Shown here one piece after another: positions 11,570-23,003 of a stretch of DNA of 33,224 nt; within the stretch, counting starts at the first letter, position 1, and each line of letters starts with the position of its first letter. Source of the stretch: Phoronis australis. Taxonomy: Eukaryota; Animalia; Phoronida. The translations under genes and the position numbers were made by a program. The DNA is taken from assembly GCA_002633005.1 (NCBI GenBank), contig NMRA01000276.1:396659-429882 (forward strand), in the 5' to 3' direction. The notes below the pieces were generated by a model. It ran no database searches and was not told the origin of the DNA. It worked only from the letters and a program-made list of their open reading frames with translations.

Positions 11570-11940
11570 TTGTTTGACTATGATATAATAGGCTTAAATA
11601 GCTGAGTAGCGATGATATTATAGGTCTATCGGTGTGACGGGCAAAGAGCTGTGTGGCGATGATATCATAGGCCTATATCTGAGTGGCGTTGATATCATAG
11701 TCATATCTGTGTGTGAAGGGCCTATGGCTGTGTGGCGATGATATCATAGGACTATATCTGAGTGACGTTGATATCATAGTCATATCTGTGTGTGAAGGGC
11801 CTATGGCTGTGTGACAATAATATCATAGGCCTATAGCTGAATGAGAGGCGTTGATAGCATAGGCTTTTCTGTGTGACGGACCAATAGCTGGGTGGCGATG
11901 ATATCACAGGATGATATACATATGCCTGTCTGTGTGGCAT
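11570..11940. repeat. Degenerate minisatellite (~20-30-bp subunits) with a 79-bp higher-order unit
   Basis: GCTGTGTG(G/A)C starts at 11648, 11727 and 11806. The subunit core is ATGATATCATAGGCCTAT. Confidence 0.85.
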
Positions 11941-11966
11941 TTTGATCGTTATGAAAATAAACCTAC

Positions 11967-12141
11967 TCAGTTCAGAATCAATTTTGAATGGCACAATCCC
12001 ATTTGGCCACAACATCGTAACTCCTCGAACTGCCGCACGTTTATCCCTCCTCCTTTGGCGAGTTCTTGACGATCGCTCACGGCGAGCTTCCTTTAATGCC
12101 CTCGTCTGTCTCTCTCCTAGGACTATGTCTCCCTCAAAAAA
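11967..12141 (-). CDS. Astacin-CTL-kringle gene exon: pro-peptide and start of the mature protease
   Basis: Acceptor ccctttcag, donor gtaggt, phase 0-1, 175 bp. Translates FFEGDIVL (astacin aspartate-switch FxGDI), a furin-type RDKR/AA site, then LWPNGIVPFKI. Confidence 0.92.
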
Positions 12142-14024
12142 CTGAAAGGGGACAGGTTCTGCAGCTGAAAAATAAATACGAAATTGATGCTTTAACTAAA
12201 CTGAATAATCTCAACTCAGGTATTCGGTATTATCAGTTGACAAAACACGCAACAAACATAAACAACAATTAAAGTTATTTCCATCTTACTTAGCTGGCTA
12301 TAAACGAATATCGAATCAGACCTTTTAATCACAACATCGACCTCGCAATATTTCTTACAGGGGGAAGACGCCGTGGTAATGTGTTCTTGGTTACACCAAT
12401 GGTATTTCATTTCCATTACCAACCCAAGTCACAGGTAATCCGTCTATGCGCCATTTTTGAATTCGTAATTTTAGGGTCTGTCAACCTCAACACTCGTCCA
12501 GTTTTTCGAGTCGTTTATGGTTTTGATGTTCTTGTTGGTATTGGTAAGGAGTATTATGAGACATTTTTGATGAGAGTAAAAGGCCAAATTATACTCAGGG
12601 CATATACAGTTTTAAATAACACTACGTCAAAAAATCGCGTTCCTTCTTGATTTGGTTTAAAATTGACAAGATTTGTGGTCAACAGTTCTTCTTACAGCTA
12701 ACCGTAAAACAAGACTAATGTTATACAGATGTTTATTCTTTCCGAAACGTTTTTAGAATCAGCTTCGGCTTCTCGGTACATGACGTAGATAGAATTTCCG
12801 AATCAACAAGTTGGATGTAACTTGATGCAGTTTGTATTTAGAGATATACCTTTTGCACACGTTTCAAGTCTACGGTTTTATTTTAGATACAGTCAACATT
12901 TACTAAAACCATACATTTTTTAAGATGCGTCTCAGTAGCAACGCGTCAACAGGTCTTATTGTCTAACATGAGCCGGTAAAGTTGGATAGCTCATGGTTAT
13001 GTCTCATATTAACCGAAGTGGAAGACACGACACAAACATTTGATCGTACAGAAAAAGTTTAGGAAGGTGTTAGGGAGTCCTAAAATGAACATTTTTCAGC
13101 AGCAAATTTCCGTCTAAGGAGCGAACTTTTGATTTAAACCGCTTGTCGCTGTAAAATTAGTCTCAGTTTATTCCTTGCACAGATGAAATGTTTTCTGGAT
13201 TTGTAAGGAACTAACAGTTAGGGGCATGCTCAGCGTGTAAAATGACACGCCGGAATATACTTGAAGAGCTTGGTCTCGACCAATTGACCATCTGTCCAGT
13301 CTTTTGAAGTCATAAAATCAATTCCAATTTGAATAAGGAAATTTTTCAGACCAATTTCATTACCGTAAATCGGCTGAATAAAAATTTTGTTTTTGTGATG
13401 GAAAGAGGGTTAATTGTCCCTGCTGTTGTGTTCAGTGTAACCCTGGTTGTTGCCAGTTCACTCGCCAACAAAACACAAGCAGTTAAACAACCGCGATTGC
13501 TATTGTGAGGAAGTCCGTGTAAGAATTTTTTTGATGCTGCGAATACGACTGTCCCTGTAGAAACCATTGGAACGGGGTTTTGTGGTTGTAAGTCATATAT
13601 TCGGAAATAGTATTTTTAACCTTTTGTTCTAACCCAAATATGATCCTTGGCGCACTTTCGGGAACAGAAATTCTGTCACAGAAATTGGCTGGAAGTGAGG
13701 ATCAATATGTATTGAGGAGTTGACCAATATGTATTGTTAAGATAGTTTATGGTATTAATGGTACCGTTAGTTAATAACTAAACTAACTCATAAAGTCAAG
13801 TCTTGTTTTTGTTTGACACTTGTGGTCACAGTTACCATAGAAGTTCTAAAAACTGCAGACATTTTTAATTGCTGTTCCAAAAGTACGTCGGCCCATAGCT
13901 GCAAATATTTCCGAATATTGGGCCTATGGGCCAAAATGTATGGGGTAGCTGTGAAAATCCCTTGTATCAGTTATCTCTTCCTGCTTGTATTGATATTAAG
14001 GTTATGAAGGACAAGTCTGTGTAT

Positions 14025-14671
14025 TCAGTAAATCACCCAAAATACAAGCTTTAACCAAGGAGTGTAGTAGTACACTCCTTGCTTTAACTCAGTAAATCAC
14101 CCAAAATACAAGCTTTAACCAAGGAGTGTAGTAGTACACTCCTTGCTTTAACTCAGTAAATCACCCAAAATACAAGCTTTAACCAAGGAGTGTAGTAGTA
14201 CACTCCTTGCTTTAACTCAGTAAATCACCCAAAATACAAGCTTTAACCAAGGAGTGTAGTAGTACACTCCTTGCTTTAACTCAGTAAATCACCCAAAATA
14301 CAAGCTTTAACCAAGGAGTGTAGTAGTACACTCCTTGCTTTAACTCAGTAAATCACCCAAAATACAAGCTTTAACCAAGGAGTGTAGTAGTACACTCCTT
14401 GCTTTAACTCAGTAAATCACCCAAAATACAAGCTTTAACCAAGGAGTGTAGTAGTACACTCCTTGCTTTAACTCAGTAAATCACCCAAAATACAAGCTTT
14501 AACCAAGGAGTGTAGTAGTACACTCCTTGCTTTAACTCAGTAAATCTCCCAAATTACAAGCTTTAACCAAGGAGTGTAGTAGTACACTCCTTGCTTTAAC
14601 TCAGTAAATCACCCAAATTACAAGCTTTAACCAAGGAGTGTAGTAGTACACTCCTTGCTTTAACTCAGTAA
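14025..14671. repeat. 64-bp tandem array, 10 near-identical copies, each with a perfect 11-bp-stem hairpin
   Basis: Unit TCAGTAAATCACCCAAAATACAAGCTTTAACCAAGGAGTGTAGTAGTACACTCCTTGCTTTAAC starts at 14025+64n. Only copies 9 and 10 vary. Confidence 0.97.
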
Positions 14672-14696
14672 TCAATATATTTTTGAACCTGTCTAC

Positions 14697-15055
14697 ATAG
14701 AATTTGATTTTTGACTTTTCACCAATCTGCTATCAATTGCGTCACGTTACCATGTCTTTTTAGCTAAATTTAGCCAAAAAGGTGTATTTTATTATAATTA
14801 AAATTTCAAGATTAGTTCACAAAAAATGTTTTACAGTTTCCTAAATTATTGTTTCGTTTCCATTTTATGCACTTCTTGAGTTTGTTCACGAAAATCATAA
14901 AAGTCATAAAAGTCATACTTTTCGATTGTCTCTCATGTAAAAGTGGACCATCTTCAGAACAAGTCCTATTAAAGTTTTGGGAATAGCGATCCCACCACCT
15001 GCTTATCAGATTTCATGTTCCGAAGTTGGTAAAATGAAGGCCTTACATAACCTTC
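14697..15055 (+). repeat. Dispersed repeat, copy 1 (homologous to 31982-32400)
   Basis: Collinear shared blocks TAGAATTTGATTTTTGAC, CAATCTGC, GTCACGTTACC, CTAAATTAT.GTTTCGTTT, TTTTATGCA, CGAAGTTGGT and TACATAAC. Confidence 0.75.
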
Positions 15056-17500
15056 ATCGTAAACTACAGCATATGAATTAGACAACAGTCGACAATTTTT
15101 TTGTTTTATGAGGGTAATTAGTGTCAGATCTATTACTACTATGACGAAATACCTGTACTTTACTCGACTGTCTTACCTGGTTGTGACACTCCTAGTGCCA
15201 GAGATAACGGCTGGGGAAGCGGACACAGGGAGGGTGGACAAATACCTGAAATATATCAATGCACATTTAGCAGTTAAAATATCGCATTTGCATATGTCAT
15301 TATTTTTTTTCAAATTTTGCCACCTTGACTACGATGGCGAAAGTAGCCAGCCACTACCTGTATGAAGACTATCGTCAAAATATATTTAGTAGTATACAGC
15401 TTTGCGCCAAGGCGATGGCGAAGGACGCTATTACATATCATAAGCGTTATTCACCGTATGACTTCCATTATTGGTCTTTTGTTGGTCTTAACTATTCACG
15501 AAACCGTAAGTATATAATTGACAAGTGACTATTTGTTTTGGCTGCACATACATATATTATACGTACTCCGACCACATGATAACTTGGTTGAAAGCCGTGC
15601 ATTATGCGGTCATAATAATGGCTGTGGTTTGTGTCCAGTGTTCTAGCTGTTTAGTGTTACAGATAGATGTTGGAGAGCGAGTGTTTATGTTTAGATAGTC
15701 GGTTGACATTGCGTAAAGCTACCAGCGAGAGGAAGTAGCGTCTAGTTATAATGTTTATTTTGCACTCACTCATACAGAATGCAAGTGAAACAAAACCGCA
15801 GCAGAATCAAAAATAGAAGTGAACAATTGGACTTGGTTTTATCCAACAGCGCTTTGTTGCCTGAGGCCCAGATCTCATTCTCTTGATGGACTGAGACCCA
15901 GAGTTCTGATTAAGGTCGCACCAAGATACACTTCAAACGACAGCAAAAAAAAAACACATCATCAATTACTAACTTTCTCTGGGGTTAATTTAAATTTCCT
16001 TCCGTCGTGATGGAACCTCGTACCACATAGTCCGAGATGGAACTGAGTTGTTTATTTAACGTTACGACACTACTGACATTAAATTCCTGACTTTGTTCCT
16101 ATTGTCAGAAAATATGCATGTGTCATTCACAACGTGTTTAATGATAGGTTCACCAAGACACAATGATTGGAACAAGACTTGTGTGTGTGTCTCGTGTAGA
16201 GATTCGACAGGAATCAGTTATATTGTAGAATTATGCTGCAGAATATATTTGGTTAAATTGAATTGTTCGTTAAGTGCTATTTAATCAGTTAAGTAACAAC
16301 CCTTCTTATTTACAAAATTGATTGAAAACCTACATTGCCATCTGCCATTTACTTACGCGCAGGTTCACAGTCGCTTCATATTCATTTATCACAAAAAGAA
16401 CAAACAACTTAAAAATCAAATCTCCAAGAAATATTAACAATCGTAATCTCCCACTGGTGACTTGTCCTCTGGAGAATCGGCGAGAAATGTGGCAGAATTT
16501 GAGCGAATGAGCAAATAAATCGATAGAGACGTTGTTTTCAATTAGTAAACTGAATGTGATGCAGGTTTTTGCTCTGATGCCAGGAAACAACGAAAAACCA
16601 CGGTGGGTTACAAGTGGCCGACTAGGCAATTACATCGCCCTGGATGCCGCAGGCCTACAGGGTCGATAGTACATCCCTACAAAAAGTTACTCATTTCAAA
16701 ATACAGGAAATAAAATCAAATGAAACATGCATATATGCACATGGTGTTATAAACAACACATACCATAAGCCTGAAAACGATTCGGTCAAGATAATTTGAA
16801 CAAATCGATGAAAATCTGTCGCGGTTTGCTCGAGTTTCTCTTACCGGGAGCCATTTTGAGGAAGTTATGTGAAATCACGCATGTTGACGACTAAAAAGCC
16901 CATGGGACACAAATCTTACAAATTTCACCTGATACCTTCTCTATTTTGCAAGTGTCCCGCGCTAGTGTCACGCGCTTCTCTCAGTCTCGCGCTAGCATTT
17001 GCCTAACTCTCGTGACTCAGTTGACATACTTTTTGGTTATCGCGCACGCGGTGAAAAGTTAACGGCAACCAAAAAAGTGGAGTTGGAATTCATCGCCAAA
17101 GTCACCTTAATTCTCACAACTAAGCTTCATCGAAGATATGTATAGAAGTAGAAAGGACCAATGATGAAATTAAGCGTTTTTTAAATGATAGTTTTAAGTG
17201 TGGAATGTATTTTTGACGAGGTGAAAACTCAAAATCGGTGACCAGGTTTGGGTTACCGCCCGTTTAAAATACATGAAACGAAATGCGCCCCTAAATGGCC
17301 AATCGAGGGGCTACGTGTTGCCTAGTGGCCAACGTGTTACAGACTAGATAAAAAATCATAGCTGTTGTTTTTGGCTGGCGTTATCTGGTTGTGATCAAAA
17401 TGTGTTTTGACGATGAAGTGATCTAGAACCGAGACGGGCGGCTTTTAGGCGGTGACAGCATCAAAAGGTTTTAGCAGTGAAAATGACACTTTCTGTTATT

Positions 17501-17685
17501 TACTTTGGTTATCACCATAGACCTTTGTGTGTGCACAAGAATAACATTTTGTTGACTTTTCACACCCCGTTTCATGTCCAATGTTTATACTTTGGTTATC
17601 ATCGTAGACCTTTGTGTATGTTCGAGAATAACATTTTGTTGGCTTTTTACCTCCGGTTTCGTATCCCATTCAATGTTTATATTTT
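17501..17685. repeat. ~87-bp tandem duplication, diverged
   Basis: TACTTTGGTTATCA..TAGACCTTTGTGT..AGAATAACATTTTGTTG at 17501 and 17588. Confidence 0.85.
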
Positions 17686-18717
17686 TTCATGTAGAAATCG
17701 ATCTTGCATGCACGTACGCCTGTAGTACAAATACCCGGAAGAAGTTCAATATATGAGCTTCTCACCGCTTGCCACTGTTTTGTCATCGCAAGGGAATGTT
17801 TCGTCACTTTGTGTTTTAGTGTGTATATAATTATAGTTATTGTATAGCCTACCGTTTTTAAAAAAAACACTGCGGTCAGTTCTGTTACAGATGTTTTGAC
17901 TATGCAGTAGACAGACATACAGTGGTCTTATTATTGTTGTTCAACTTTTGGAATCGAGGTAGATTTGCGCAGAGATTATTATTTTTGAACATGCGCTTTC
18001 TAGTGGTCTGTTTCTTGTTTTTTTTTTCATAAACAAATCAATACTATTCCTATCCATACAAAAAGGATGTTCACAGAATAATAAGGGGCAAAAGCTGTAT
18101 GGTGTTCCAACCAAAGATATTAAATGTTGGAAAACGGCACCGACAAACAACGTCAACTGTTATTGCAAACAAAGTAAATCTAAACAAACTTCTTACCCTG
18201 GTTGATTTGCCACGGCCGTAGCCCACTTCGCTTCTCTCTTGAAAAACTTCGAAGCTCCACACAGATCACAAAAGTTGCTAAGACGACGAAACACATCATT
18301 AAAAACACGGTTGAAATCATTGTTGATAACAAACTTTGTGCGACGGGCAGTTAAATAAAATAAATAAAATAAATTACAATAAATAAAAGCAAGTATATAC
18401 AAGTAGTAGTACGTTGGTTATCTCGAACTTGCTCGCGACAATTTGACTACTCGGGCGAAGACGAGCTTCATATATATACATAAGCCAGAATTGGCAACCG
18501 TGTCATCTGCGTTTGTCGTTTGTCCTGTGGCCCAACGACGTTTTATCACCTCTTGACATGGTGGTATTGATAACACGTATTCGCGGTCAACAGTTGCGAC
18601 AGAGTTACACGGAGGAACACTAACTCGAGTAACTTAATGGCGAAGTCAGCATCGCTGATTGGCTGAAACTATTTCACTTGAACTACGTATGTCTCAAGTT
18701 TAACGCTTCCTTTTATT

Positions 18718-19223
18718 CCCGAGGGTACTCCCATAAACGAGGTATACGGGACTTAACAGTTTCTCTACGAATGGTGCCTTTTCCGACCAGCTTCTCTACG
18801 AATGGTGCCTCGGTTTTACAACAAAATTCCCCATTATTCTTGGATTTGATTACAAACGAACGGGTTCGTTTTCGAGGTTCACAACCCATCAATTGCTCCG
18901 GCTTTCTCCAGCTATAACAATCTACACTCATTTTTGGTCGAATAAGTTGAATTAATGTTTGACAACACACCTTGTCTTCTTGTACAGTGCAGGTTTAATG
19001 AGTTTAAAGACACCTGTTCAACAATCTGCTACCAAGAAAAGTTAAGTTTCGGTAATTAATCCCTACAAAAGGTTAGTGTTTATAGAACAAAACTGCAAAA
19101 AGTTACTTTCCCATTGAATCTCGCTACAACTGGCTCCTTATTTCTCGACTCCTCTCTATATAGAGTGGGTATCATACGTTCCAACTACATCCCTGTCAGA
19201 AATATAGTCGAGTACCCCCCGGG
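18718..19223. mobile_element. ~500-bp MITE-like element with CCCG..GGGTACTC terminal inverted repeats
   Basis: Left CCCGAGGGTACTC (18718-18730) and right GAGTACCCCCCGGG (19210-19223). An internal 23-bp direct repeat lies at 18757 and 18788. No clean target-site duplication is visible. Confidence 0.6.
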
Positions 19224-19572
19224 ATTTTTATAACGCATGAAGTAGAGACTGTTATCTCGTGTATTTGAATGACTCAGAATGGGAAAATGACAAAGATTAA
19301 TTGATCATCGGGAAGTTTTCAACTCTCATTAACAATCGTCTCCCTTTTTAAATCTTCCCACTCCTTAGCCTTTTGAAAGCGCCTTTGCCTTGTTTTGATA
19401 TTTGAAAGTAATCGATGGCTATAATACATATAGTCTTAGTAAAAAATTAGTTTACTATAGTTGTTTACCTTTGGCTTCTACAAGTCCCACTCACGTCACT
19501 TTAAGCTTAGTAAGCAGGAACGACTTGTGTAGATGCATGACTATTTGTATTATGAACGGCTAAATAAACAAC

Positions 19573-19672
19573 CTGTCTCTGTCTGTCCGTCTGTCTGTCT
19601 GTCTGTCTGCCTGTCTGTCTGTCTGTCTGTCTGTGTGTCTGTCTCTCTGTCTGTCTGCCTATCTATCTATCT
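19573..19672. repeat. (TCTG)n/(TCTA)n microsatellite
   Basis: About 25 imperfect tetramer units. Confidence 0.92.
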
Positions 19673-19742
19673 GACGTGGCGTGAATGTAGCCGAGGAAAA
19701 CCTTTCACTCACCATTCTCACCAGCTGTTTGCCCATAGATAC

Positions 19743-20613
19743 CCTATAATCTGTGATTTGCCTGTGTCCTCTAACTCAACCATGTGTTACTCAGGTGTTC
19801 TCAAGTTGACTGATTTATAGATCGAAAGCTAAGTTTCTTATTTTTCACGATTTGTTTTGAATTATTATAAGCATTTTATAACTATTCATCAATGAGTGTG
19901 TGTGCTCTAATATCAATCATTAGCTTTGTAGTTAAACGACAGTTTTCGACCAGTTCGGTATTTCCGCATTTCACATTCTCAGAATACTACGGAAATTGCC
20001 TTATCTCATCTTATCGATACGTAAAATGAAAACAAAAAGATGAATGGGGTAAACAAGCTTAGAATGTTACGTTTACTATTTCCTGTACCTAAAGGAGCAT
20101 TCTTCTCAAGTTTTTGTAATTAATAACCCAAAGTAAACTTCCGAGACAGGAAACATCGAAAACGTGTTTTGTCAGTAAAAATNCCTATAATCTGTGATTT
20201 GCCTGTGTCCTCTAACTCAACTCAGGTGTTCTCAAGTTGACTGATTTATAGATCGAAAGCTAAGTTTCTTATTTTTCACGATTTGTTTTGAATTATTATA
20301 AGCATTTTATAACTATTTATCAATGAGTGTGTGTGCTCTAATATCAATCATTAGCTTTGTAGTTAAACGACAGTTTTCGACCAGTTCGGTATTTCCGCAT
20401 TTCACATTCTCAGAATACTACGGAAATTGCCTTATCTCATCTTATCGATACGTAAAATGAAAACAAAAAGATGAATGGGGTAAACAAGCTTAGAATGTTA
20501 CGTTTACTATTTCCTGTACCTAAAGGAGCATTCTTCTCAAGTTTTTGTAATTAATAACCCAAAGTAAACTTCCGAGACAGGAAACATCGAAAACGTGTTT
20601 TGTCAGTAAAAAT
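19743..20613. repeat. ~435-bp tandem duplication joined by a single N at 20183 (probable assembly artefact)
   Basis: Copy A is 19743-20182 and copy B is 20184-20613. They differ by a 10-bp indel (CCATGTGTTA) and at least one SNP. Confidence 0.9.
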
Positions 20614-22072
20614 ATCACCGACTGATTTAACGGTGAATGAAAATGAACTGGAGTTGGTCTAAAATTGGCCTGTGATGACGTAAATAAAGTATTTGCCGCA
20701 CAGGGCCATGTGACTTTAAAACGTGACGTAGCATTCGACAATTGTTTTATGAGGACGTTTTGGAACAAAATGCAATTGTTACGTAATGAGCCGTCGAAGC
20801 GTCGACCAAAAGTTCGAGTAGTGATGCAGATGGACAACGAAGTTTGAAGTGTTTCTATAATTCGTGTTATGACGGACTAGAGTAAAAAGGCGAGGATGGC
20901 CCATCCGTGTCCGAGTGACCGGTAAAAGTAGTAAACAAAAGTCAAGGAAGTCTAGGATGCCATATATCATGCAAAATTTGTTTTGGTGAAAGCACGAAGT
21001 GACTTCGTTATTTTCTTGTTCGCAGTAATTGGAAACCTCAAAAATATTGGAAATAATCCATCGTAAATAAAAGTAGACGAGCCAGTGGCAAGGATAATAA
21101 GATTAAAAAATGGTAGGAGCGGATGAGTTGTTTGTAAGAGATGTAATTACATATACATTTCATGGCTTTCTTGAGAAAAATTCATTCTGTTTACTATTTT
21201 CTTATAAGCAATCAAATTACGTTGTTTGCTTAAGAAACCACAAAAGTCGTAGTCACCGGTTGGCGAAACCAACTCGACCTTGAGTCAGCTCTCCAACAGT
21301 CAAAAAACATGTGGTGAAAATTGTGTCCTGTCTTGAGTTCGCTCAAAATATTACGGGTTTTGAAACTTAAAGAGGAATATAAGTAGTGAATGCACAGGTG
21401 ATGTGAAAATGTCACGTAGATGGAGGCATGAAATAATTTACTACAAAGACTTCAAGAATGGGGAGTCAAATGAAAATCTGGTTTTTAAAAAATTGTCGCC
21501 CAAAAGCACTGTTTAAAAACAGTCTTACTTAAAGAGCTTTAACCAAATATCAATAAGAAAATACAGGTTAGAGTTGTTTTGAAAAGTAAATGACAAAAAT
21601 GGTAGTTCGACACCCCAATCCCTGAAACAAGCGACATCTATTGGCTGTCAATGACTTGATAAAGCGCGTTGTCACTCTTTTTGTTAAAACAGCTGGAGAT
21701 ATTTCATCACTAGTCACTTAATAGGTTATTATTTATCAGAGACAGTGTGCTTAGAACGACAAACAAGTTGAGTGCATAGTGCCCTAATACAATAATACAA
21801 TGCAATGAAGTCTCGTGACAGTGCCTCATAATTACTTTAACAGTACCAAATAAGCGATAAAATAATTATTCAATCTACTCAAGAAGTAAGACCTCCTCAT
21901 GTTATAGTTCCTAATTTACAAGAGATTGGGCAAATTGAAGTAATCTTTACGTTTATGTAATCATGTAGTAGAAAATTCATGATGAGTTAAGAAAGGGAAA
22001 TAAAGGCGAATCAAAATGTTTATTTTACACTACACTACACTACAGTGCAGTTTACCGGTTTCAGAAACACAC

Positions 22073-22167
22073 AACGTCTGAAACTTTAGGCGGACTGTTT
22101 GTAAGTCTTCTCTCACGAACATGGCTAACGTTTGAAACTAGATGCGGACTTTCTAAGTCCTCTCTCA
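22073..22167. repeat. ~54-bp diverged tandem duplication
   Basis: AACGT.TGAAACT....GCGGACT..TAAGTC.TCTCTCA at 22073 and 22127. Confidence 0.7.
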
Positions 22168-22547
22168 AGCGGATCACATTGCGTAAAGATATTAGATTGA
22201 AATGTTCACTCAGTAAATTTCTGAATCACTGTGATCAACTGAAAGTAGACCTGTTCAAGGAGTATTTCCTATTTGGTAAAAAAACAAGAAACATGTAAAT
22301 GAAATACACAAACGATGTCTCAAACCTTTCCATACCATGAAAAAAAGGATTTCCATCCCTAAACAACTAACGGCCAGTGCGTCAGGAAGTGACGAGTCAA
22401 AAAATCCATCACTTTTGACAGGATTGATCAACCAGTCAAAAACTGGGGGGATACAAGAGAGTGGCAGGGTTACGGACGCAGGTGACGTTTCAACTCTGTT
22501 TGACGTAGAAAAAGGGAGGAAATCTTTGAGACAAATTTACAAGAGCT

Positions 22548-23003
22548 ATTACAAGGGGGGGTCAACCATTGGTCGGACTTCAAAACCATTTGCCCAGACT
22601 TCCAAACCAGTCGGCTGGACTGCAAAACCAAACGGCCGGTGATCAAACGTGTTGTCCGGACTCCAAAACGACATGGCCTCACTCAAAAAACTAGTTGGCT
22701 GGACCTAAAACACTATGGTCGGTGCTTTAACCAGATGGCCTGAGATCAAACACCACGGCCAGACTTCCTCAGGGACTCGCTTTCAATCTCGAAATTAAGT
22801 GACAGCTGGTGTTTGAACACGGGCCAACCCGCTTTAGGTCCGGCCAACCAGCTTTTTGGGAGCAACCATCTGGTTTTGAGGTACCGGCAAACTTGTTTTG
22901 AGGTTCGATCACCAAGTTAGGGTTTTGCAGTCTAGCCACCTGCTTTTGAAGTAGGGGCAAGTGGTTTTGAAGTGCGACAGATTGTTGATTCCCCCATTGA
23001 AAT
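22548..23003. mobile_element. ~455-bp foldback/MITE element: long imperfect palindrome with ~21-bp internal subrepeats
   Basis: The left arm (ATTACAAGGGGGGTCAACCATTGGTCGGACTTCAAAACCATTTGCCC..GACTGCAAAACC..GGTGATC) aligns with the reverse complement of the right arm. GACT(T/G)CAAAACC recurs along both arms. Confidence 0.8.

Noticed and set aside
14025-14671. CRISPR array (palindromic repeats at regular spacing)
   Set aside because: The intervening sequences are identical rather than unique spacers, no cas genes are present, and the context is eukaryotic.
14025-14671. Tandem Helitron 3' termini
   Set aside because: A hairpin is present, but no canonical CTRR terminus follows at the expected distance on either strand.
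16540-16655. Second snoRNA-like segment (minus strand, hairpin then AGAGCA)
   Set aside because: No convincing second hairpin precedes an ACA box, and any resemblance to known families cannot be verified without a search.
17284-17330. CTCF-like motifs (GCGCCCCTAAATGGCC, GCCTAGTGGCC)
   Set aside because: These are short degenerate matches that cannot be supported without binding data.
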